From the NCBI RefSeq assembly GCF_006345805.1, contig NC_043008.1:65100001-65164000 (forward strand): a stretch of 64,000 bases of DNA. Reading direction: 5' to 3'. Within the stretch, counting starts at the first letter, position 1. Every line of letters starts with the position of its first letter. This DNA is from Octopus sinensis. Taxonomy: Eukaryota. The notes under the pieces were generated by a model. That model was not told where the DNA came from. It was given only the letters and a program-made list of their open reading frames with translations, and ran no database searches. A program made the translations under genes and the position numbers. Below, piece by piece: positions 1-12,020 of the stretch.

Positions 1-240
1 TATAGACATGTTCATATATACTGGAAGACACCTGGAAACTTTTTTCAGATTTTTACAGTGCCAGTGATGGCTTAGATCTGTAGTCTTCGAATCAGCTTTC
101 TCTTTTCTGCTTTTGAGAAGCCCAATTTCTGAGGATTGTTATTTTGGGAGCGTGTTATATATCCCAGTGTCCCAATAATTGCAGGTATAAACCTGGTCTC
201 GTAATCTCAATAGTTCAGCATAAGTATTTTCTTTTTCGCT
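1..240 (-). mobile_element. C-terminal fragment of an RLE (restriction-like endonuclease) class non-LTR retrotransposon
   Basis: Manual minus-strand translation gives KENTYAELLR...FIPAIIGTLGYITRSQNNNPQKLGFSKAEKRKLIRRLQI*AITGTVKI, the K-x3-Y...(V/I)IG(A/T)LG tail typical of RLE elements (R4/NeSL/HERO-like). It contains stops and a frameshift. Confidence 0.65.
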
Positions 241-295
241 TGTTTTTTGCTTTATGATAACATTCGCTCGGCAGCTGATTTTAGCTGACTATGTA

Positions 296-398
<103 letters not shown>

Positions 399-822
399 GT
401 ATGCCATTACACAAAAAAGCAAGATACCATACGTCGACAAAGACAACATGCGGCATTATTACATGGGCATAAAAACCAATGATTTTCCAAATTTACCTAG
501 GAAACGCACACTTTTACGTGTAGGCCAAGTAAAACTCTATCGCATCGTCCTGCTTCATTTAGCAACCTCGCGACCAAGGTAACATTTTCCCCGTGTCTAG
601 GAGTACCTTAATATAACTTCTCCTTATACAATTTTAAATCTACCTCCTTCAGACTCTTCTATAATCTAACGGCCTGAAGCAGCCATGAGGAGTAAAACCA
701 ACATATCCTATTGTCCATCAGAGATATGCCTGGTTAAAAGCTTCAAACTATTTTCGCGTGATAAACAGGATGTACAAAAAGATGTACAAATCGACCTGGA
801 TAGGCCGTGGACAATTACAGAT

Positions 823-1032
823 TAAGTAATTCTCACTGGTAGTATTGGTATTCTTGCTAAATCATAGTACCTAAATTGAAAACCTTAATATTACCCGACC
901 CTCAAACAATGAGGATTTAGTTCCATACTTGGAAACTGCTGTCGCTGATAAGTCAAATCTAAAAACAAAATCCAGCTAATTAATGTCAGTATTTTGTCCG
1001 CTCTGAAATTTGAAGTGTGTAATGAAAGAATC
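823..1032 (+). mobile_element. Probable Penelope-like element 3-prime/pLTR fragment
   Basis: Resembles (from memory) the terminus of octopus Penelope-like elements and contains GAAACTGCTGTC (932-943), similar to the stem III/cleavage triplet of PLE hammerheads. No intact ORF. Confidence 0.35.
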
Positions 1033-1683
1033 GTTACCATTGACACACACAAGTAAGTAAAATTGTCTACTGAAGGCTTCTTATATAGAAGAGATTTTTA
1101 CACCGTAGTTATGAGGGTAGAATTTTTAATAAATCGCTGCTATATTTCTATCGCGTTCTTCATATTATCTTATAATGATATCTACCTATCTATCGCTGCA
1201 CACTCACACACACACATACATACACACATATTCATACATATATACAGAAAGAGAGGGATACAGAAAGGCAGACAGACAGAAAAAGAACGAGATCGAGATA
1301 AAGGTACAGGGAACGGGAAACGGACTCCCTTCACCACTATATGTTCTCTTGTTCGATCTCACTGCATAGGCATGCTTCGTTTTCTATTGCCTTGTGCGGA
1401 CTAATACGTTCTGAGCGATATAGGGAAGATGGAAACCGAGAAGTGGTTTGAATCTCTAATTCAAACAGTTTAACATTATACCAAAGAGAGAGTCATGCGA
1501 ATTCTACCAGATAATTCCGTGAAACCTGCACGTGTTTATTGTATGTTCGGCCACTTACGTTTTCATTGAAGAACAGATAATTCAGTTGATCAAACAACTA
1601 TAAAAATTTTTTTTAAATAGGAAAGTAAAAACACATGCAACTATATGAGCATCCATACAATTTTATATATAAATATATATAGG

Positions 1684-1747
<64 letters not shown>

Positions 1748-1991
1748 TACATATTACAAATTTACATACGTATATATTCATATACATATGCATACACACA
1801 CACACATATATATGTATATATATATATATATATATATACATGATTACATACTATGTATGTATACATATATACATACTTTCACACACACACATACATACAT
1901 ACATATATATATATATATGTATATATATATATGTGTGTGTATATGATTACATACTATGTATGTATACATATATACATACTTACACACACAC

Positions 1992-2022
<31 letters not shown>

Positions 2023-2165
2023 ATTACATACTATGTATGTATACATATATACATACTTACACACACATACATACATACATATATATATATATATATGATT
2101 ACATACTATGTATGTATACATATATACATACTTACATATATATACATATACATACATACATGTAT
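1684..2165. repeat. (GATA)n followed by a compound microsatellite with a 4-copy higher-order unit
   Basis: TGATTACATACTATGTATGTATACATATATACATACT recurs at about 1841, 1944, 2022 (TAATTACA variant) and 2097, each followed by variable CA/CATA/TA runs. Confidence 0.9.
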
Positions 2166-2735
2166 GCCTTACCGAATGTTGGAATGTAAGTAAACAGCAT
2201 TGTTTACATATCTTTGTTTGAAAGACGCCCTGGAACATTCTGTGAGGGAATATAATTGAGTAATTGCTCTGAATCTGTCGAAAATTTTTGATAACCACCC
2301 AAAGAAAAATAGCTCTGTGTTTACCAGATATCTTGTTTACCGAAAACTAAGAATAATCGATCTGGTTATAAAATTAAACTAATTATCCCCATTATTGGAT
2401 ACTGAGTGATGGTTGAGTTGTTAATAGGATTAATAACATTGCTGAGAAGTGTCGACAGAAGGCCACCGCAGCAGTTCTTTTGACTTATCAAAATGAAGCC
2501 AATTTAGCAACTTCATTCGTTCTCATTGCTGCAATGTATATTTATATGTATTTCAAGGGGTTTGAAATTATTGGCATTTCTTCATATATATGTTAGTTTT
2601 AGATGTTGTTAATGATGATGAAGATGATAATCACTAACTGCATGTTAGATTTGAATGGACGAACCAATGATTGACATCACTCCGCTCATGGCTGTCTAAC
2701 CTCTCTTCTATAAATATGTGTAGCTTTATATATGA

Positions 2736-3095
2736 CTAGAAATATGACCCGGCGTCGCCGGGTCACAGTGTTAGTGCATGCATATACAGCTGCGTGCGTG
2801 CGCACATACACGTCAGTGCTGTCCAAATCTCCGACCAATCACATACAGCTAGCTGGCATTCAATTGGCGTATCAATTTTCGGGCATTTTGATTGGGTTTT
2901 GGATAGAAACTTCACAAAAATTTCACTTCTATTGATATTTTAATGGCTTTGCGGGGTGACTGGGGAAATGTAAAGATGTGCACGACCACCCATGGATGGT
3001 TTTGAATGACCATAGAAAATGCGAGCCTTCTAACTGAAAAATTGTGGATTTGTATAAAGGACACACACGCAGACATTTTCCTGTTTATATGTAGA
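2736..3095 (-). mobile_element. Complete non-autonomous Helitron (360 bp)
   Basis: On the minus strand it starts A|TCTACATATAAAC (3095) and ends with the GC-rich hairpin TGACCCGGCG-A-CGCCGGGTCA (2745-2765), then ATTT CTAG|T (2739-2736). It sits between A and T with no TSD, all canonical Helitron hallmarks. Confidence 0.88.
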
Positions 3096-4230
3096 TTTCA
3101 AAGTTTGATCTGGGAAGGTCTGCTGTTATTCTGCCATATATATATGCTATAAAGAAGCAATGTCGTTGATTATCATAAACGTTTATGTATGTATTTAATG
3201 AGTCTTTATAATTTTGCTTTTCCATAAAATACAAATTCTACAAGTATGGTAACTCCGAATAAAAATAAAACTTCATACTTATAAGCGACAAGCTTCAAGT
3301 GATCAATTAGGCATCAGCACTAACATTAAATAACAAAACCAGGTGTTTCACCCATTATCGCTACCTTAAGATCATAGGCAGGTATATATCTATAAGTGTT
3401 ACTAAATATACAACATGGAGAAAAATTGAGTGACTGATATTTTTGTTGTTTTTCTTGTGGTTAATGCTCTCCTTACCAAGTAGAACAATATGTAGTAAGA
3501 TGGGCGAAAATCTAGGATCGATGTACAGCACATATTCAAACTCAACTGGTCTTTAACGTATTGAGTGCTGTGTTACAGCGTATTTTCGTTGCATGGAATT
3601 TCTCCACAATTCAGTCTATTCCCCTGTTCTTTGGTTACAGGCGTTTTTCATGGTTCTTGTTAAAAAGTCTTAAATATATAATGATATATCCTGACCCATC
3701 ATCGAATGAATTCAATCCATAACCCCTCCGTCCTTCGTTTAGTCACTGCGTTTCTGAGACAATATCATCTCATTACAGCCACCTTTAGAAGGTAGAATGT
3801 AACTTTTAAATGATTCATCTGCTATTTCTACTTATTTGACTTGATATATTCATAGTATTTCATTTATGAAGAAAAATAAACTGAAAATTATTGCTTAGCG
3901 TATAAAGGCTTTGTGAATGAGTAAATACGGCTGTGTTTATGTATGTTCACATGTGTATATGTGTACAAGAGTGTGTGTGTGTGTGTGCATGTGCGTATGT
4001 GTGTATGACTTTATATTGTGATTTGCTATATCTAATAATATTCAAAAATTCTGTTATAATAGAATTTTGTGTGCAATAGATAGATGAAATATGGCAGAAA
4101 AAAAGATAAACATTGTTGTAAATAAGTGCTTAAGTGCACTACAAATACAAGAATGTGAATGAAAAAAAAAAGCATCGGAGGAGCGATGCATATCCTGCTC
4201 GCAGATAAGGTTTTTCGTAAATTGCGTTGC

Positions 4231-4594
4231 TTACCCTTGCTTTTTAATTGAATTGAATCAAACTTTGAGTTTGACTAAACTTGTTTATCGGGAAATTTTT
4301 AAAGTTCGATTTGTTTTTAATTTTTTTGTTTTCTTATCACCGTTATGAGTATTTATACTCCGGTGAAATTAGGAAATCATCTCTGAAATAAACGAAACCC
4401 ACGAATCCATCATTGTACACACACACACACACACAGTCACATATTGGTGTATGTATTTATGTATGTTTGAAGGTAATCAAACCAAATTTTCATTATTTCG
4501 AACTATTCACCCAATGAGTATTTCCCAGAAATTTTGCAAAAACACAAACAGACACAAACGGTGATTACAATACCCTTAAGTGCGCATGGGGAAA
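4231..4594 (+). mobile_element. Probable Helentron-associated (HINE/DINE-1-like) non-autonomous element
   Basis: Starts TTACCCTT, has an internal (CA)n and ACAC/ACAG block, and ends GATTACAATACCCTTAAGTGCGCATGGGGAAAA, a weak terminal hairpin inverted to the 5-prime TTACCC. The architecture is DINE-1-like; the family is unverified. Confidence 0.4.
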
Positions 4595-7149
4595 ACGAAA
4601 AAAAATCGTTGGATGTTCTGTATCAGGAATACTAGAAATATTGAAGGATGCAGTGTCTCGAAATCTAACGAATGATGCGAGTATTATATGTCATGCTTAA
4701 AATAATCCTGGGTGTCAGAAAATGTTTCCACAAGTCATGATCGTTGCGTTGTTTTTTAAATTTTGTTAGCACGTTCACGAATGTTTGACATATGGAATTA
4801 AAAACAGATGCCCAAAATTGTTGTTGGAAAGGTAGTGGATAATCTTGTGAGTTTCTGCCAAGTCAATAGCCAATCATTTGAGTTTTCATGTGTTTATGCT
4901 CAGGGAAGCAAGGCGTTCAGAGTATGGTAGATGCCTGATAGCAGGTATTCGTTTTGTTGCACGTTTCTGAACAGTTTCCTGGAGATTGATATGCTGGGCA
5001 AATCAGGGGATCCAGACTGGTGATTTTAAATGTAGTGATACCATTGCCATATGCAGTTTTAAATAGATAGTTGGAGAGCGGCTAACAAATGTCTTCCTGA
5101 GCGATACTAGGACACACTAACCTCCTTGACTATCTTAGAGATGTGGCTTGCCCAACGCAGATCGCTGTTTACCATAATACACAGATCACGTTCACTAGTA
5201 GACGTCTTGAGATTGGTACTGTTGAGGGAGTATGTAAAGGCTGGGTATCCTAATGGTGATGCACTTGCCAACAGATATCTTGAGTTACCAGTCAGTAATT
5301 CATTGCTGCATTGTGTCCAGGTCTGATTGAAGGAAAGATGTGTGGCGCATAGAATCTGATCTCTTCATCTCAAGGTACAGCATGATGTAATCAGTTTGGT
5401 GATGCATCTAGTAAGGCCGACTGGACGATAGTTGACAGGTAATGTGCGATCACCTTTTTTCAACAGGGAACGACACTGGCAATTTTTTATTTCTCTGGAG
5501 TGAGATATTCATTAAAGCAGAATTGAAACAAGAATGAAAGCTGGTGCAAAAGAAAGAACCCGCCACGTTTGAGAAGGAAATAAGTAACGTCATCAAGACC
5601 AGGAGAGACATAACTGTGCTTATTCTTGCGGTGGCGTCGCAGCATTGCGGGTGTGAATTTCAGAAATGTTATGAAATTTGATTTCAGAATAGATGGAGAA
5701 GGTACATTTGAATTTTCAACAGTTTGAGGGTTGTAAAGAGAGACAACTGAAGCGTGATGTCTCTTCTTCCGGCATACATATTTCCAGAACACTTTGCTGT
5801 CAGTGATGGTTGCTATATGTTGTTGAAACTCAAGCACTGCCTTTTTTGTCTCTTGTTTGGGAAGGTGGGATTATCTATTGCGTCTTCTAATATTCTTATC
5901 TGTTAACATCAAGATTACTTTTCCTGGCAATTCGAACTCCTGCAGTCTCCCAAATTGCATTTTTTATCTGTAGAGCACTTGTGCGGTACTGATGCTTCAT
6001 ATGCAGCCCAAAGTACACTGAGGACATTTTGAAATACAGTAATGACATTTCCGGAATTGTAAAATCCAATCCAGTTTGGGCATTGTAAGTCCCCACGGTA
6101 ACAGTTCCAGTGTGTTTTGTTCCAACCAAAGCGAGTAGTTTAGAGGTTGGTGGTGCTTCTTGTTTCTGCCTTGAAGAGACATATTGGTAATGATCATAAC
6201 ATAATCGGAGCCGCCTAGTGGCTCCTTGGTCGTTCCTTAGTTCCTGATGACAGTTTCAGGAGTAGTGGTAAAAGAAAAGCAGGTCTGAAGTGTCGTTACC
6301 TCTTGTGGGGGAGGTGACTACTTGTGACTAGCTTAAATCCTGCACTACACCAATGAAATAGTCTGCACTTTGCAGCCAACTAAAAGTTTCCTAACCAATT
6401 TCAGGGTAGTTGATGTCACCAGCAATAAAAGAATGAATGGCTGCCTTCTTAGATGCGGCCCTGAGGATTTCACAAAGTTGTGTGTCTTTATGGTAATTTC
6501 GTGGGCGATAGACAACTCCAAGTATCAGTGTTCAGATCATCACAAGGAATTGCTAAAGGTTCGACTGAATGCAGACCATCACACTACCTCCCCGATAATT
6601 AGCACAGTTTCTGCGAAACCAGTTGCAACCTTCTATGCTAAAAACACGTTCACAGAGTTGAGAGCGTGCCCACGTTTCTGTGATTGTGATGAAATTGGGT
6701 TCAATACTTTTGATGTAAGAGTAAAAAAAGTGCACCTTGCTGTACAAACTTCGGGCATTCAAGGATGTGAATTTGAAAGAGGATTTAATACCATCGCGAT
6801 AGTATATAAGTGATGAAATATGTTTTGTTGTCCGATGGTTACACTGAGAATATTACTTGATCGGGGTTATACGAGTGGAGTGAAATTATAGTTGACTTTG
6901 GTGGATGTGTGTTCCTAAAATTTTAGATATGCGACTTTCGTTTTCCTGGAGTAGGCTGGCCTTCATATTTTCCAGGTAATTTGATAAAAAGTGTTTCCTC
7001 TTTGGTTAGTTATTTAATCGGGTGATATACTGTTTATTTCATGTGGTGTTGCGATATTTCTGCAATTCTTTCTTCTTCGGTTGGCGATGGTGTGAGGAGG
7101 TGGATTGTGGTTATGTTTTATTTTTGTTGCATTATATTTTTCATTTGTT

Positions 7150-7370
7150 TTGTGTCTTTCAGATGGTGGAAATTGCATTCCAGGTTAAGGCATGTCCCTA
7201 AAGAGAAAGAATTCTGGCACAGTTTAGGATGGAAGAAGGCACACCTTTTTTTCTTTTGTACATCCATATTTAGGGTCAGGACCATGGACTCTGTATTTGA
7301 GACAGTATTTGAAGTGAAGTAAAGGAGCCTTTTTCAGTTATACCACATGGATGCTCTTAATAAGTCTACA
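7150..7370 (-). pseudogene. LINE ORF1 relic, tandem CCCH zinc fingers
   Basis: With one frameshift in an A-run it reads LHFKYCLKYRVHGPDPKYGCTKEKRCAFFHPKLCQNSFSLGTCLNLECNFHHLKDTK. Confidence 0.7.
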
Positions 7371-7477
7371 GCATAAAGAAGATTGGGAGATTGGTGGTGC
7401 CGCTGGGGGGCGAATTTGCGATTACCATCAGAATGTTTTTTTGAAAAGGAAAAGGTTTTTCTACATTGACAAGTGGG

Positions 7478-7498
7478 GTAGTAGTAGTAGTAGTAGTA

Positions 7499-7542
<44 letters not shown>

Positions 7543-7560
7543 TAGTAGTAGTAGTAGTAG
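7478..7560. repeat. (TAG)n microsatellite inside the LINE ORF1 region
   Basis: Direct reading. Confidence 0.95.
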
Positions 7561-7998
7561 AAGCAGCAGACTGTTGAAGTGAATTCTGACCTGTCATAAT
7601 GGTAGTATTATTTTGTTATGGTGACTCGTGATTTACTGCTGTAGGGTTGCGTGAAATTAGGTCGAATGTTGAAACTAAAGTAGTAGAAGTGTCATAGCAT
7701 TGTTTAATTTATCTCGTGTGTTCACATTTTCTCGTGCTCGTTTCTGCCATTGTCCCCTGTTCTTTCATTATTCCAACCAGCTTCTTGCTGCTGACGCCAT
7801 CAACAGTGAATAATATTATCGTTAGAGACGTGAAATTGTAAGGATCTTTTGGAGAGTAACTGACGAGCAATTCGCAACGACCCGTCTTGAGTGTCGATTT
7901 TCTGTTTTTTTTCCTTTGTTGCGTGTCTGTTCAAGTTCCGGAACTTATTATTTAATGTAACGTTACGCATAATTATTATTTTTTTACACATTTTGATA

Positions 7999-8086
<88 letters not shown>

Positions 8087-8514
8087 TGTGTGCATGTGAA
8101 TGTAAATGTGTTTGTTTGTGTATATATAAATATGTATGTATGTGTGTTTATTGCCCCCCAAAAAACGAAAAATGTGACCATCCGGAAATACATCCGGAAA
8201 TACAGCGTATATATATATATAAGTCCTTAAAAAATGTTTTAGCCACTATATAAGATAAATTGTAATTTTCTTTGAGATTTTACGTGTTTCGGTTCTTCTT
8301 GAAAAAACGAACCTTATCAAAAATATTTTTAAAAGTTAGACTCTGTTGAGACTAGAAAGAAACAATTATGAACTATTTTATTACACTTAACTTTTTAAAT
8401 ATTTTTGATAAGGTTCGTTGTTTCAAACATGTAAAACCTCTAAGAAAATTAAAATTTATCTTATATAGTGGGGTTTTCAAACTTCTTTTTTATAAAATTT
8501 ATATACCCACCAAC

Positions 8515-8579
<65 letters not shown>

Positions 8580-8788
8580 AAGTTTATATTTATAGAGAAC
8601 TGTGTGTATGCCCTTATGCACTAAACCACTTATACATGCAAACATGCAACATAATAAAAGTTCTGCGTAAGAGACTTGCATCTGCATAATAAGAATGATG
8701 TTTAAAAAAAAATGTCGTTCATTTGTACAACTGAAACCCTCAAGGCGAAGAACCAGCATCGGTACAGTCCTTAGACTAAAACGAATAG

Positions 8789-8847
<59 letters not shown>

Positions 8848-9755
8848 GCATTGATACATGGTTAAGTACATACATACTTACGTGCACATATATACATATG
8901 AATTTTACCTGTTTGGTACTTATAGAAATATTTTGCTGTATCTGAATATCAACAAAGGCCACACAGAGTACAGAATATGCTGCTGCTGCTGCTACTGCTG
9001 CTATTGTTGCCACTACTGTTAGTGTTGCTGCTTCTGCTGGAAGAATTGGCGAATCATTATGAAAAAGATTATAAGCGAAGGAAAATACAAATGTAAAGCA
9101 AATTATAACATATAAATAATTAAACAAAAAATTCCTCAATTTAGTTATGAAGAGGAAAGTACTTGCAAGTTTCTGACTCATATAACACATTCGAAAACAA
9201 AATTGCTATTTTCAATCTTATCTCTAAATTCAATTGAGTACTGCAACATATTTCCATATAAACAAGCATATCGGAGAAACTAGGGGAAAAAAATTCTTCT
9301 ACTCTGTGTAATTTTTTAAAGATTCTTATTTTCAAAAGGCTAATCTTTTTCATTTCTTTCTTTTCCATGCAAATAACATATCTAAAATAGGATTGTCGAC
9401 GAAATAAGTTTAGAAGACTTCGGTAAAAAGAAGAAAAAAATAGAATGAGATCTGCAAAATAAAATATGAACAAACTAAGACCTTTCATGTGCACTTTGGA
9501 AAATATTTTGTTTGAAAGATGAATCGCTCTTCTCGAAAGTTCTTATAGAAGCAAATATAAAATCATGATCGTACGAAGTATGTAAATATGCAAACAGCAC
9601 ACACGCGCAGAGATATGGTTCTTATATATAGACAAGCATGTGTAGAAACAAACACATGGAAATATTTTCAAGCACACAAAGATTCATGCACAAATACGTT
9701 TACAAATATTTCACAAACACATATATATGCATGAATATATGTATATACGAGTGCA

Positions 9756-9818
<63 letters not shown>

Positions 9819-10371
9819 ATTGATATGTATGTATATGTGAACATATGTATATACGAGTATACATATATATACATACTCACACACACATATATGTACAGAC
9901 GTTCGCGTTTATATCATTAAGTACATGCATACGCACATACAATTGTATACAGATGTACACAATATACACACACAAATATCTATATATACGTATATATGTG
10001 CGTAATCATAAGAAATTGAAATCAACACTTAGAAGCAGCATGTAAACAAACGTATTGTGGTATGAGATATTTGACTTATAATCTCAGTGATTCTATATAA
10101 ATGTGTGTATATACTTGCTTGTGCGTGAAGTAAGTCTCCAAATTTGTGTGTTTGTAGAAACGTATCTTAAGGAAAGGCATAAATGCATTGCCTGTTTTTC
10201 TCAGTAAATTAAGCGGGTATATATATACATACACACATAAACACACACACACACACACACACATATACATATATGTATAAGCGTATATGCATACAATGTT
10301 TTTTGACTACACACGTAACCGGACTGAAAGTTACGTTTGAAGCTAACATACATGCATACGTACATACATAC

Positions 10372-10676
10372 TGTTGTAAAACGGTCTTTTACCACTGTTG
10401 TATATGTCTTTTAATAACAGTTATCGCTCTGACATATATTAGTTATATTCTGAAGTCGTCCATAGAATGGTTCTATCTGGTACTATACGACCCTCAGTTG
10501 TACAGCGTTATTACCCTCAAAAGGTTGGATCGATATAACGTCTACTCAGTATCACAGTATAATTGCTATTTCATCACAGACGCGACTAACAACACAGTCT
10601 ATACGTATTCTCGACCTTCGACTTTCTCAACCTTTTCCTATCGACCGGGAAGGACGTACATGTTCACTATGTAACA
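10372..10676 (-). repeat. 3-prime LTR (305 bp, TGTTAC...ACAACA)
   Basis: TG...CA ends, preceded on the minus strand by a purine-rich tract. Its last 92 bp match 13460-13551 with 11 mismatches by manual count. Confidence 0.8.
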
Positions 10677-11676
10677 TCTTCCTTTTTAATTTCTTTTAAT
10701 TTCTTTTATTCACCCTACCTCCTCCTTTTTGTTCATATATACTCAATATCTTTTCTTTTTAGGGTCAACTTTTAGGAATTCAGTATTCTTCCTTTTCCTT
10801 CGACTTCGTGTTACGGTAATAGAACCTGAAAAGTGTCAGCCAATTCATCGGATTTATACTCTTGTTGGTTCCTTTTCTATGACTCTGTCCTGCTTCTTAC
10901 AACACATCATTCTTCCTATGTATGTTACAATTTCTCCTTGTTCCCAGTATTGCTTGCCTTTTTTATACATTCTTACCTTATCACCGATTCTAAATAATTT
11001 TGGTATACTAGCACGTAGTTTTTTCTTCACTGGTAACAGTTTATCGGATACTGATTTCATCTTTCAGGTGTACATTATTTATGGTAGTGAACTTCATTCT
11101 GTATACCCATAAAAATTGTTTGATCACGTCCTTTTCCGTGGCTTCGTTATTAACTTTCTTACAAGTGCCCACGAACCGTTCAGCCCTTCCATTTGATCTA
11201 GGGTGATACGGTGCTATACATTTTATGTTCTAACGTCAACATCTCACAAAATCTTTTAAACTCATAGGATACAAACTGAGTTCTGTTATCAGAGACAATT
11301 ATATCCGGTACACCAAATCTTGCGAATAGCTCATTTAAGAAGTCTATGATAGATTGGACGTTTACACCTCGTGACCTCAGGTCATTTTGTGTAGCTGTCT
11401 TCTACTATTAAATAATACTATCCATTTACCAGGCCTACAAAATCAATATGCATCTCGGACCATGTTATTTTCACTTCTGGCCAAGGTTTACATTTTGTAA
11501 TAGGTTGATTTGCTGGCAGTGCATATCCTCTGCGGCCTTGTACCAGGTTTTCAACATCCTTTTGCATGCTTGGGCAGTTTACGAAACTTTGCCTCAGCAC
11601 TTTCATTCTCGAGATGCCTGGGTGTCCCACATGCAACTCTTTTGTCATTCTCTCCTGTAATATCTATGGTATGACT

Positions 11677-12020
11677 GTATTGTATTGGCATCCTTTCTGT
11701 CGCGGGAGACAATGGAGTTGCGCATTTTTTTTTTTTTTTCTAGGTCTAGTCCGGCTGTTATATTTTATTTCCTGTTACATTTCTTGCTGTGGCTGTGTAG
11801 TACTATCCTGGACAAACACTCCCTCTGGCAGGTACTGCAAGTGTAGCGAAGACTGTTCCTGGCTGGTTGTAGTGCCATGGTCTCTTGTTTATGTCTCTTC
11901 CATTCTTTCCATTTCTCCTCTCTCTTTCTGTCACTCCTCTGTATACCCTCTGTATACCCTCTTTTACTGTACGTCGCCATTCTCCACGGTTGCCGGCGAC
12001 TGCCTCCCAACCGCCATGAA
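11677..12020 (-). mobile_element. 5-prime-truncated RTE-clade LINE nested in the gypsy integrase
   Basis: C-terminus WEAVAGNRGEWRRTV...YTCSTCQRECLSRIVLHSHSKKC, an RTE-like 3-prime UTR (CCATTGTCTCCCGCGACAGAAAGGATGCC plus AATAC repeats), and an exact 12-bp TSD TATGGTATGACT at 11665-11676 and 12021-12032. Confidence 0.9.

Larger units (their letters stand above)
4600..7930 (-). mobile_element. Near full-length, decayed CR1-group (CR1/L2/Crack-like) LINE
   Basis: Contains, in order on the minus strand: an ORF1 relic with CCCH fingers (about 7150-7370); an APE endonuclease (FKFTSLNARSL...ITETW...RGG, about 6770-6550, and the GGSDY/SDH motif about 6200); the RT start (SPGLD...KKGDRTLPVNYRPVSL, 5640-5400); and the C-terminal LRKTFVSRSP...VQKRATKRIPAIRHLPYSERL (5100-4640). 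Many stops and frameshifts. Confidence 0.9.

Noticed and set aside
3300-3900. Possible L2/Crack LINE relic (IFAHLTTYCSTW) and an exon-like donor near 3475
   Set aside because: Only one short motif is readable; too weak to call either a LINE or an exon.
6244-6260. CTGATGA hammerhead-like core
   Set aside because: No downstream stem II-GAAA; it lies inside the antisense strand of the LINE endonuclease.
9530-9542. Three-unit heat-shock element TTCtcGAAagTTC
   Set aside because: About one such match is expected by chance in 64 kb of this composition, and there is no promoter context.
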